From contig JAUCBJ010007179.1 in assembly GCA_032718475.1 (NCBI GenBank), forward strand, positions 144,813 to 208,812: 64,000 bases of DNA. The letters run 5' to 3'. This document shows positions 27,587 through 38,517 of this stretch, in pieces. Numbering within the stretch: the first letter of the stretch is position 1; every line of letters begins with the position of its first letter. The notes beneath the pieces are model-generated. The model had not been told where the DNA came from, searched no databases, and saw only the letters and a list, made by a program, of their open reading frames with translations. The translations under genes and the position numbers were made by a program. The DNA is from Nemertoderma westbladi. Lineage: Eukaryota > Animalia > Xenacoelomorpha.

Positions 27587-30105
27587 AAAAACTTACACAC
27601 ACCGGTGATAGAACCCGCCGACGAGGAGTCGTCAGCGTACCAACACTGAGTTTGGAAGCAGGTGGAGCTGCCAGTAGACTGTGCTGGTTGATCGGGTTGG
27701 TTACAGGGTGTTGTGTCAGGCGGGTCTCCCGGCGGTGGGTCAGGCTGGTCTCGAAATGGTGGGTCAGGCGGGTCTCCCAGCGGTGGGTCAGGCTGGTCTC
27801 GAAATCGTGGGTCAGGCGGGTCTCCCAGCGGTGGGTCAGGCTGGTCTCCCATAGCTGAGTCAGGCGGACCTCCCGGTGATGGGTCAGGCGGGTCTCCCGC
27901 TGGTGGGTCAGGCGGGTCTCCCGGCAGTGGTTCTGGTGAGCCTACCAGTGGTGGGTCTGATGGGTCTCCTGGTGATGGGTTAGGCGGGTCTCCCGGCAGT
28001 GGGTCAGATGGGTCCGCTGGCTGTTCCTCTTCAGCCAAAGTCAGTGATAATGGCGTTTCTTCACAGGGCGTCCAGGGCTGGTCCCCAGAAAGCGTGGGAG
28101 ACGAGCCGGTAGGAGGCGTAATCAGCGGATCTCGTGGTGGTAGGTCACCGACATCCCGCAATGACCGGACCAAGGAGAGTGTCCCACAACCATACCCCAA
28201 CATCGCCGCCGGATCCCCCTGGGTATATCCTTCACGACTCCACAGAGGGTTGTCGGATCCCTGGAGGTAGAGGGCCGCATGGCCATTATAGGCATTGTAC
28301 AAATACCGGGAACACCGGTGCCAGTACAGACGCGCGTCGTTCCAGAGGGCCACGGGACGACTCAAACTATTGGAGGCATTGGCAGCGTCAACGAGGAGCA
28401 TGCACAAACTCGAACATCGCCAACATCGCGTGGACTGCACCTTCGATACCGGCTTTCACCCCCGTGCAGAGCTGGTCCACCCACACTCCGTGGTGACGTC
28501 CATCTTTGTGGCCGCTGTAAGGCAGCTGGTCACCAATCGATAGAGGACTTCTCCAATACCAATTGGCCTGACTCCGGGCTCCTTGTCGATGGCTATGAGG
28601 CGGCAGGCACGGAGAGCGCGGATCTCGCCCCATGGGACCAAGGTGATGGCGAGACGACAAGCCAACCCGGCGACTGCTTCATGCAGCCGTGAGCAATGGG
28701 CCTCGTACCGGGTGAGGATCGCACGCCAAAGTTCAGCGTCTCCACCTATGGGGCCGGTACTGTCATGCAGATAACGCGAAACCTTCAAGACAAGCTGCCC
28801 TGTGATAGCCACCTCTTCAAGGGGGTGTAACTCCTCGCACTGCTCGAACGAATTCGGGGATACTTCCATTTGAGGCGGGTGTTTACTCTCCAGGACGACT
28901 TGAATGGTGACACCAGCCGGCTGACCCTCGGCCTGGGTCTCGGGGTCCAAAACCCCGCCACTATCTCGATCTGTCACAATACGGACAGTGGCCCGGTTCT
29001 GTCCGGCCGGAATCTTCTGGTTGTAGACTCTAGCCGGATCAGGTGGTGCTGAACCCTGGCGTCTAACAAACTCCAAATTGCAGTGCTCCGCCTTGACTAC
29101 CAACTGCCGAAACTCTTCCCGTTCCCACATTCCAATCCGTTGTAATATTGTGCGTCGGATATCCGCCCCCTTTACCACTTCCGGGTCCCGCTGGAACACA
29201 GTCGCGATGAAGCAAAGGGGGTGCTCAGAAGGGTGGACTCCCTTGGTCAATTTCTCCACCTCACTGACAAGAAACTCCGCCACCTTTCGCCCCACGTTGC
29301 CACCGGGCACTGTATAGAGGCGACCTGAAAGGCCAGCAAGTCGAGAGTGGCGGGCTCCCCAGTCCGGATCAGTTGAAACACCAGGGGCATTGAGCCACGG
29401 TCCCCCAAAGGCGCTCTCCAGGCGGTCTGAAGTTGATGGATGGAGAGGATGAGGTCCTCCCGCAGGATCCTGGGTTACTGGGTCAGGGCCCATATCGACA
29501 TTGCGCAGTAACGGGATCTGACTTATAACGGCGCTCGAATATGAGTCCAAATCGGAAGTCGAATTGCTGTGATCCTCCTCGAGGGACAAACCGACTGGAT
29601 ATACAGCTGAGGCAGGGATCGCACTTGTGGCAAGCCTGGTGGCTGACACGGTGAGGCTGTGAGGATTTTTGCAGTCGTCACAATCCGACGGTTTACAGCC
29701 AACACAGGGACGTCCACCGCGGGTGCAGCGACACTTGGTTGATGGGCCACAAGACCCGGTCATTATTCAAGTATATATTTAATTAAAGTATTAATTATTC
29801 ATTATTAAAGTTAGATAAGTTGTGCTTACCTAAGTTGGTTTGAGAAAGTGTTTTATGCAAATGACTTGGAGGCTGAATTATTAAATATTTCTGAATTACC
29901 GCAATAAAGATATGGTGTATTATAGAGAAACAACTATAAATAAAATTTGATATTAATTTTCTATCTTTACTCTTCCAATCTCTTTATTGCTCTTCTGTCA
30001 CTCAACTATTGAAAGAAAAAAGCATTATTGCATAAGTTTATTTCAATGTGAAATATTTACAAATTTGCGAAAATGCAGCTAACAATTTGTTGTATATTTT
30101 TTTAG

Positions 30106-30243
30106 ATGAGAATGAATGCGAAGAAGATTATATTGATTGCGGAAATGATAAAAGATGTCGCAATACTGTAGGCAGTTACAAATGCGATTGCCAGGAGGGA
30201 TACATGAATAGCGATAAAAGTGATACGACTTCACCCTGCATTG
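30106..30243 (+). CDS. Internal exon, cbEGF domain (DENECEEDYIDCGNDKRCRNTVGSYKCDCQEGYMNSDKSDTTSPCI)
   Basis: TTTTTTTAG acceptor, GTGTGT donor, 138 nt, phase 1-1, cbEGF consensus. Confidence 0.93.
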
Positions 30244-30533
30244 GTGTGTGGATTACTAACAGTTAATTATAGACTACCTACACTTATTCTTGATAAATAA
30301 ATAACGTCATAAGTAACGTCAACATTATAGTTTCATAGACTTTATAGCAACATAGACTTTATAGTAATGTGCTACCTATTTGCATTTAGTTTCTAATGAA
30401 GAGTTTAGACCCCCCCCCCCCCCCCCCCCCCTACCCTCCATCCCCTATATGATTTAGGCCTGCGGTACGTTAACTACAGCGATCAAGGCGCGGACTACCT
30501 TTTTAAAACGTTGAAATTATTTTATTTTTTTAG

Positions 30534-30656
30534 ATATAAATGAATGTGAATTTGACACATACGAATGCGATAGCTTGAAAGTATGTAACAATAATATGGG
30601 TGGTTACTCATGCGACTGTCAAACAGGCTATGAGCTGAACTCCGGTGATTGCTCAG
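30534..30656 (+). CDS. Internal exon, cbEGF domain (DINECEFDTYECDSLKVCNNNMGGYSCDCQTGYELNSGDCS)
   Basis: TTTTTTTAG acceptor, GTATGT donor, 123 nt, phase 1-1. Confidence 0.94.
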
Positions 30657-31288
30657 GTATGTTACCGATAATAAAGTGGTTGCATACATTTAGGGAACGG
30701 TAGGGATATTCTGCAGTTACATGCCAGCTTATCATACCCCAGGGTGCCAGGGTAGGGTAGAACTGGATATGTAAGTTGCCTATGAGCTGCTTAGGTTCTA
30801 CTATTTAGTGTTTGTTCTTATCCCAATACCTCGAAATCTACATTTTATTGTCTACACCGTCAAAAGATACAAAACAAAAAAAAATAATCACCAACGACTC
30901 TGAGAAAGTCCAAATATAACCAAAGCCTGTAACCTGAATTTTAACCAAACAATATGGAGTGCAGTGGGGTAACCCATTTCACTCCGCCCTACTAATTATT
31001 AATAATATGTAAGTATAATAGCTACTGGCTTGACAATTCTAAATATGTCATAAAAATTTAGAATATAATTATTGTTGGTCAATGGCCCACTGCAACAGGA
31101 TTTCTGTAATTTTTTTTAATAGCTAACGCGGTACCATTCTAGAATATTATCATTATTTTAAAAACGAATTTCCACATTTTGTAGAACAATAATTTTGGAA
31201 AATATCGATATACTGAGAGCGCCACTTGTTTTTTTTGTAAACAATGGTTGCCTTTTCATAAAAAATATCAGATCATATACTCAGTAAT

Positions 31289-31830
31289 TCATTCACAAGA
31301 GTGTCCTCTCCAATAAGTTTCAAGGCTAATTGCAAAGGTGGTTTTAATGCGTTCTAATTCTTTCAAATCTCGGAGAGACAGGTATGATGCACAGGGATCA
31401 ATAGCATATAGTAGTACCGTTGGAGAAAATTTCATGTTGAAAATTCGAATTCCTGAAGTTACTGAAACTTTCTGTTGGTAGCGGGACATGAGCCAATGGC
31501 CTGAAAACACTTCTCTTTTTTGTTTACCACGTGGTGATTGACTTAATGAGGACTGAATTTTTATACCCAAATAGTCATTGTTTACCATGTAAAATATACC
31601 TGATGGGGATAATGAACCATTTTCGAAACTTGACAATTGTTGTTTTCTTTAAATTGATATACATCTCATTGGAGTAACACCATTCACTAACTACTGCATC
31701 AAAGGCTTTCTGTAATTTTTCACCATCTGATGTATAAGTGGCCCAATCATCATCATAGAAGATGAATATTAGCAGACTTCCTTTGCTCTGTAAAACCAGC
31801 GCAAGATCGGCAATGAATAACAGGACTAGT
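31289..31830 (-). pseudogene. Highly decayed LINE RT fragment
   Basis: LFIADL, FYDDD (YADD-like), LQKAFD..EWC..NEMYINLKKT, YLGIKI. Confidence 0.65.
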
Positions 31831-31835
31831 GTTGG

Positions 31836-32100
31836 ATAACACACCCTGTTTTTCCATTCCACAGGGTAGGTGTCGCAGTGGAGTCAGATATACCAGGTCA
31901 GGTATACCAACTCTCACGCTCATGGCCCACCATTGGCTATGCAGCTCATCTGCTGGGCCATGCCCTGTACCCCTGCTGCCAGGTACAGGTCGGAGTGAAG
32001 TGCAGACAGATTGGACATGTGAACACTCTACTCCAGACCAGCCGTCATTGGTAGATCACCATCTGCTTGGTCAGGCCATACACCCCTGCAGCCAAGTATA
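31836..32100 (-). mobile_element. Solitary copy of RTE-like 5' UTR (diverged homologue of 56225-56485)
   Basis: Clear similarity to 56225-56485 in the same orientation (shared TGTCGCAGTGGA, GCAGCTCATCTGCTGGG, CATTGGTAGATCACCATCTGC). Confidence 0.7.
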
Positions 32101-32342
32101 TAGTATGACCTACTATAGTGTAACTATAGTAGTGGTGGTAGTAGTAGTAGTAGCATGGCCTATATATATATACGGCCTAACATGTTGTCGATTTGGCCTT
32201 AAAAAAGAGGCCAGTTTTTTTTACACTAATTTAATATTTTGATACGGGGAGAGTTCTATAAATTGCCATTTGCTGCAATTTGGTCAACGGACGTAATTGA
32301 AGTCTCTTCGTTAAGCAAGATACTAAATTTTATGGTAGCTAA

Positions 32343-32895
32343 TGTTTTAGATAGGTTTAGCTAGTAATTTCAACACTGGTTCCGACATCCTACTTCCCTC
32401 TATAAATTTTTTGTAGTAGCTAGTTCTTATTACTATTTGTATAGAAAATGTTCCAGAACATGTTAGCTATTTATTTTTAAAAAATTATGTTCTAGAATAA
32501 ATATTTTTTGTTCTAGAACATTTTTTAGAAAATAATCTGGATTCTATTTAAAACGCATGGAATCGTTCTAAAACGTGTTTAAAATCAATAAAAAAAAATG
32601 TTCAAAAATTTATTTTATTCACAATATATTTTTTTCACAATTTTTTTTATTGATTTTAAACACGTTTTAGAACGATTCCATGCGTTTTAAATAGAATCCA
32701 GATTTTTTTCTAAAAAATGTTCTAGAACAAAGATATTTGTTCTAGAACATAACTTTTTTAAAAATGAATAGCTAAAATGTTCTGGAACATTTTCTATACA
32801 AATAGTAATAAGAACTAGCTACTACAAAAAATGTATAAAGGGAAGTAGGATATCGGAACCAGTGTTGAAATTACTAGCTAAACCTATCTAAAACA
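32343..32895. mobile_element. Fold-back (palindromic) MITE, ~255-bp arms with ~45-bp spacer
   Basis: TGTTTTAGATAGGTTTAGCTAGT... mirrored by ...ACTAGCTAAACCTATCTAAAACA with few mismatches; TSD not evident. Confidence 0.85.
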
Positions 32896-33258
32896 CTACA
32901 AAACATCTTAGTCCGGCAGCCACGTACCTCTTTTTGGCCCAACCGAAAATTTTTGGACGGATTACATTTTTTGGATGTTTTGGTGTCTAGGAGTCCCTCT
33001 TAACATAAAAAAGTGATTTATGGACTTTGACACCTTGGGCAATTTGAATTAATGACCCGTTTCTATGGACTACAGCAATTTCTTTGAAAGCTTAGCAATC
33101 AGATTGGCGATTAACTGGTGGGCTTGAACTGGTGGTAATTTTGATCGAAAATATGAAAACTTTAGAGAAACTATTGAAGTGTTGCTATGGTAACGAAGGC
33201 ACTACAACTATCTCTATCTTTCCAAGGAAAAACTACTATGCCTACTGACACTCATGTG

Positions 33259-34663
33259 GGTATTACTACACCTTGGGTCACACCTGACAAATTTAATTAT
33301 AAGCATGTTTTATAGTGTTTTAAGCGTACTGTAACAATAGTAATTGAATTCTAGAATGTTTTATATTTATTATAACCACTTGCACAAAGCGCATAACTGT
33401 CGAATAACAGTACTTTGTCGCTATGAGTGATGTTTCACGTCATTCACATTTAAGATTGTCGAATGATTTAAATATAAAGGAAATTGGTGCAAAATTATGC
33501 TCTGAAGAGAATGCAATTAACTATGCACAGTCATCCGGATTGTTACCTTCTGCAAACGCTGAATCAACATTTAAGTCAGAAGGATGTACTTATAGTGCAT
33601 ACATTTGGAGGAGAATGAGATATGGATTTCCTAGGTTGACCTGGCGCTGTAGGGGACCTCACAAACATCAAAGATCAGCTCGTGAAGGTACGTGGTTCAG
33701 TTCGAGTTCTAATTTGCTTGTGGAGCAAATTTTCTGGATCATGTTCATTTTTATAATCAACATGTCCGCTAGAATCACACTACGATTGCTTGATGGACTG
33801 GTAGGAAAGTCTATGACTAAGATAGTGGATTGGCAAAATTACATTAGAGAGCTGTTCGCAAAAGACAACGATAACGCTGAGCTAATGGGGGGAGTTGGGG
33901 AAACAGTACAAATCGACGAATCATTGTTTCGTGGAAGAAGAAAATATAAACGTGGGCGAAGACTTCTAGGAGATGTACCTTTCAAAAAGCGTAATCGAAA
34001 GATAAAACATAAGGTTGTAGGAACTAGATCTAACAATTATGGTACTATGGTTGTTGGACCCTGGATTTTTGGCATAGCTTGGAAGCGACCGGATCGAGAA
34101 GTAGACGTTAGAATGTTCATAGTTAAAAGAAGGAACATGAGAACCTTGCGTCCGATTCTAGAGAACAATGTCAAAGGTGGTACAACGATATTTAGCGACG
34201 AATGGGCTGCATACTGCGGCAAAACTGTTGGGATAACTAGCAAACGTTTTCCATGGAAAGCCTGTGACGGTAGCGGTAAATACTTCCACAAACACGTAAA
34301 CCACAGTAAGAAGGGGCGTGGTAGATTCGTAGACCAGATCACCGGAGCGAACACGCAACTTATAGAAGGATTATGGGGACATGCCAAACTTATGATAATG
34401 AAGCAACGGAAAGGCACTAGATTGAATTTACTTCAAAGTCACCTAGATGAGTATCGGTGGAGGATGCTTCACAAACGTTCACCGTTTAACGACCTTATTG
34501 AATTAGTAAAGCAAGAGTATCCAATTAACTAACTGTTAATATACATTCTAGAACAATTATCTATTTATTAATATACATTGTAGAACAATATTAGTATTCT
34601 TAAATAACCTATTTATGTATTAAAAAAAAATTTCGTAGGTGTGACCCAAGGTGTAGTAATACC
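33259..34663 (+). mobile_element. Full-length Merlin (IS1016/IS1595-related) DNA transposon, 1405 bp
   Basis: Perfect 27-bp TIRs GGTATTACTACACCTTGGGTCACACCT (33259-33285, 34637-34663); 8-bp TSD CTCATGTG (33251-33258, 34664-34671). Confidence 0.96.
33423..34532 (+). CDS. Merlin DDE transposase (ISXO2-like domain), 369 aa
   Basis: Uninterrupted ORF; GETVQIDES, RKYKRGR, WIFG, TIFSDEWAAY, VNHS, FVD..TGANTQLIEGLW, HLDEYRWR; D-D-E triad present. Confidence 0.95.
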   Translation: MSDVSRHSHLRLSNDLNIKEIGAKLCSEENAINYAQSSGLLPSANAESTFKSEGCTYSAYIWRRMRYGFPRLTWRCRGPHKHQRSAREGTWFSSSSNLLVEQIFWIMFIFIINMSARITLRLLDGLVGKSMTKIVDWQNYIRELFAKDNDNAELMGGVGETVQIDESLFRGRRKYKRGRRLLGDVPFKKRNRKIKHKVVGTRSNNYGTMVVGPWIFGIAWKRPDREVDVRMFIVKRRNMRTLRPILENNVKGGTTIFSDEWAAYCGKTVGITSKRFPWKACDGSGKYFHKHVNHSKKGRGRFVDQITGANTQLIEGLWGHAKLMIMKQRKGTRLNLLQSHLDEYRWRMLHKRSPFNDLIELVKQEYPIN

Positions 34664-36149
34664 CTCATGTGTTTTTTGTTTCGTCTGTGCACTTTATTAA
34701 TAATATGTTTCCCTAAACTAGAACGCCATCAAGATGGCTTTAAACGAACCTGTCTTACACAGACTCCAAGAAACAGATGGGATTGGAAGATGCAAACCAA
34801 GAATGACTTGCATCAACCAAAAAACTGCCTCCCATCTAATGTAATACACATTCGCCTAGGCAAACAAATCATAATCACAATTACTACGATGATGTGTGAA
34901 ATGGTATCCATATCCGCAACCTGAGAAACGGCCCAAAAGAGCAGTTTATTCTGCGGAGGGGTCTTTTCTGTATTAGATAAATAAAATAAAGAACACTATA
35001 ATTACAGTATTTATACCTGATACATTCTCAGTTAGCCTAATAAAAACATCGGAGCAACCAATATAATGTACATGTACAAGCATCCTATGAAAGTTTGTGA
35101 AATGTTCCCTTAAGTCTACCCAACAGCCGTTGGTACCCGGCTGGCAGCCACCCTGGTTCAGTTTTATGGTTTTGTTAGTTTAATCGACAGCTGTTGTAAA
35201 CGTCCCAGATATACAAAACCTACTAAGCCTTTGCATTACAATTGAGCTTAGCCTAAGTTGATGACAGTATTATAACGATGACAATTAGGCCCTATAGATA
35301 CATACGATATATAAATGATGTACTGCTTGACATTACACTAACTGGCTGAATAGAGATAGAACTATAATAATACGTTTGGCATTCTGTCAGATTTCAGTAG
35401 TAAGTAACCTCATAATAATTGCTAAATATCAATCACCTGAAAAACATTTCAAGCAAGGGAGTTGTGGGTATTTAATTTCGCGTTCAATAATGTTGAAAAT
35501 ATGCAAATATTTCGAATATCGCACTTCGAATCGTTCCCAACTTTTTTATTCAACAACTAGACAACAATTGATAAATACTTGCGTTTACAATTTTACAATG
35601 CATGCAAGTGGTTTCAAGCCATTTGGTGAACATACATAGTGAGTGATATATATAGGTAAATATATCCATCGTGTTTTTGCCGGCCTCAGCTTTAGACAAA
35701 AACTACCCAGTCTAAAGACAGGTTCGTTATAATATGCACCATCAATTTTGTTATCGCACGCAAATGTTATCGCACTCCCCTCATCTTTTAAATTTTGGGA
35801 AATTTCTATAATATTTAAATCAGTGGACTGTCTCGAATATAAATGTCTTTGAATGTTTGTACTCATAATGTCAAAAAACACAAATGAATCTTTAAAATAT
35901 GAAATGAATATAAACGTTCTAGAATTGTGTTGTAGTTGGAAACAATATTTAAATAAACTTAGTACACTTATAATATCGGTTAAAATACACAATAAAAAAA
36001 AATTAAAATGGTGACCCACTCCACAGTGGTGCCTGTTTATAACACCTTTTTAATGCTAAATATACAAAATTTATTTAATGCATGGCGAACATGGAGACTA
36101 TGCATTTTATATTATTCATTGTTTGATTATAATACAATAAATATGAGAT

Positions 36150-37160
36150 TACGAAAAGTTTGCGCATTAATCTTTAGTGCAGTTGCACAATTCTGTGCAA
36201 TCATGTTGGTTTTTTCTGCAGGTGCACTTCTGCGATTTACATTGGATTTTGGATTAACAGTTACACCGAATTAATTGCAAAATGCAATCCGGAGCTGGTG
36301 GTATGCCCTCAGGGATTGCAATCGGGAAAAGTTGATTGTTAGCTATTCTCCACCCATATTTTCTGGGGTCTACACTAGGTGGTCTAATTTCCATTGAGTT
36401 CTTCCACACCTTTACTTGCAAATGGGTTCTTTTCACGTTCTCTGAGGAGTCAGTGGCTGGTGGTATTGTTTGCAGCTTTGCACAGCTGGAAATTGTTTTT
36501 TTCTGTGCACACCTTTTGTCGTGACTGGGTCATGTTGTCTGAGTCATATCCATAGCAGTCACGCCTGTCAGTTATAAAGTGAGTACATTCCATTAAGACT
36601 GTAGATTGCGGTGCTTCCATATCTCCCAAACAAGTAAGAGTGAGTCCTTTCTCCAAAGCCTTGATGACTTTCGCTTTGCCAATCCCAAACATACTCGCAA
36701 CTGTTTCACACCCAGATAATGCATGGCCACCCAAAAGATTTCCTATGATACCACGATACATTTTTACTGTATCGCCTACGTCTATTACTGTGGTACGGTT
36801 TTTTAATGGGGATTTTTTGAAAATTGAATTGGTTATACCTGTTCTTTCCCTCAGATAAAAATGTAATAATAGAAGAAATACAGAATATTTATCTGCGAAA
36901 ATGCGCATAGCGCGCATGTTCTGTGGAAACTTTTTCCCCGATAACATCTTCGAAACACCGCCAAAATACACACGATACACTTCAGAGAGGCCGGTTTCAA
37001 CCATTAAACTTCCTATTGCATTGATCCAATGAAACTCATTAATGTATGCATCCCCCCCTAATGTAAGTCCACCGTATTGAACAGGAAAATACCAAATTAC
37101 ATGTGACATCTTTGAGGAACTCATGGTCAATACATTTAGCTCAATGTAGACCAATAGCAG
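36150..37160 (-). pseudogene. Decayed, internally deleted member of an uncharacterised invertebrate family with XPG/FEN-like GCD motif and C-terminal tesmin-like CXC domain (probably mobile)
   Basis: GGMHTLMSFIG..GLSEV..KMLSGK (frameshifted); HALSGCETVASMFGIGKAK; KRTHLQVKVW..DPRKYGW..PPAPDCILQLIRCNC*SKIQCKSQKCTCRKNQHDCTELCNC. Confidence 0.7.
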
Positions 37161-37270
37161 ACCCCGCCAAAATTTTAATGGAAAGGCATTACCGCATTTG
37201 AAATAATAATAGTATAACTCTATAACCAGTATAACACTTGATATCTATGTCATTCTAGTTCTTTTGACAT

Positions 37271-38517
37271 TGTGATAGTACGTCTCATAGGCTGCCTCAT
37301 CCTGGGCATATTGGTTGAGTTGATTTGGGATATTGTGCAGAGCTCTATTGTGGACCCAGAGGGAAATGTGTCACTCTATTGTTAGGCTTACCGCTAACAG
37401 CCTGTATTCACTTAACAGCCTATTGTTAGGCTTACCGCTAACAGCCTGTATTCACTTAACAGGTAAAACAGCTGTGGTTTACATCTATTTGGAGCTCTGT
37501 GCACGGGGTTTGATATAGGCAGTACCGTATCGAGAGTGTAGAGTCCGAGGTTGTGGGTTGGTGTAGGTTTTGTTTTTGTATTTATGTAGTATTTCCGTTA
37601 TGTATTGTCGCTGATACTTTTAGCAAATGAAAATAAAGTCTGTAACTTTAAGAAATTGTATATTTACGACAAACCATATCGACCCTGAATCCCGGGACCT
37701 GGGGTGAACTCTCACATGACAGTTACAATTGCAAGGGATTTATTATATAGGTGCATTTGCTGGTCGTAACCTGCAGTACTTATGTATTTGTTACACATTG
37801 TGTGTAGGTAGATGATATAACCTGTGTAGGTAGATGATATAACCGAGCCTAGATGTTATATGAGCGGCTTTACTTCCACTTTAGGATTTTACTCCTTTGA
37901 GCTACGCCTACTGTTTTCATTATATTACTGCAATATCGTTTATATGGTTTAGCTTGATATATATACTGTATGTAGCTATTTGTTAGATATATTTTTTTCC
38001 GGTAACGTACAAATATGTTTGAGGGGGGGATATGATAGCTCGAGGACGATACTTTTTAAGGAGGGGGGAGATGTGATAGTACGTCTCATAGGCTGCCTCA
38101 TCCTGGGGATATTGGTTGAGTTGATTTGGGATATTGTGCAGAGCTCTATTGTGGACCCAGAGGGAAATGTGTCACTCTATTGTTAGGCTTACCGCTAACA
38201 GCCTGTATTCACTTAACAGCCTATTGTTAGGCTTACCGCTAACAGCCTGTATTCACTTAACAGGTAAAACAGCTGTGGTTTACATCTATTTGGAGCTCTG
38301 TGCACGGGGTTTGATATAGGCAGTACCGTATCGAGAGTGTAGAGTCCGAGGTTGTGGGTTGGTGTAGGTTTTGTTTTTGTATTTATGTAGTATTTCCGTT
38401 ATGTATTGTCGCTGATACTTTTAGCAAATGAAAATAAAGTCTGTAACTTTAAGAAATTGTATATTTACGACAAACCATATCGACCCTGAATCCCGGGACC
38501 TGGGGTGAACTCTCACA
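37271..38517 (+). mobile_element. TRIM-like non-coding LTR retroelement (446-bp LTRs, 355-bp internal region)
   Basis: LTRs 37271-37716 and 38072-38517, TG...CA ends, one visible mismatch; PPT AAGGAGGGGGGAGA at 38058-38071; AATAAA in LTR; 4-bp TSD ACAT. Confidence 0.95.

Larger units (their letters stand above)
22733..29763 (-). mobile_element. CRE-clade-like (RLE-type) non-LTR retrotransposon, decayed, with two nested insertions
   Basis: N-terminal Cys cluster; RLIAIDKEPGVRPIGIGE, QLCTGVKAGIEGAVH, VDAANA, EGYTQGDP, WYADD; then SGWL..FRDNLSMRYGL, CCHC-type knuckle (GCG..THALNCK), RHDEVRD, FTPLVGTTDG; (TAA)n-like tail near 22733-22745. Confidence 0.85.

Noticed and set aside
27713-28270. Gly/Ser-rich plus-strand ORF
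   Set aside because: Antisense shadow of the Pro-rich repeat in the minus-strand RT frame
15590-29850. Inverted pair at the ends of the 14.6-kb intron (TTCTCAAAACTCACTTA vs TAAGTTGGTTTGAGAA)
   Set aside because: Match is too short and imperfect for AT-rich DNA
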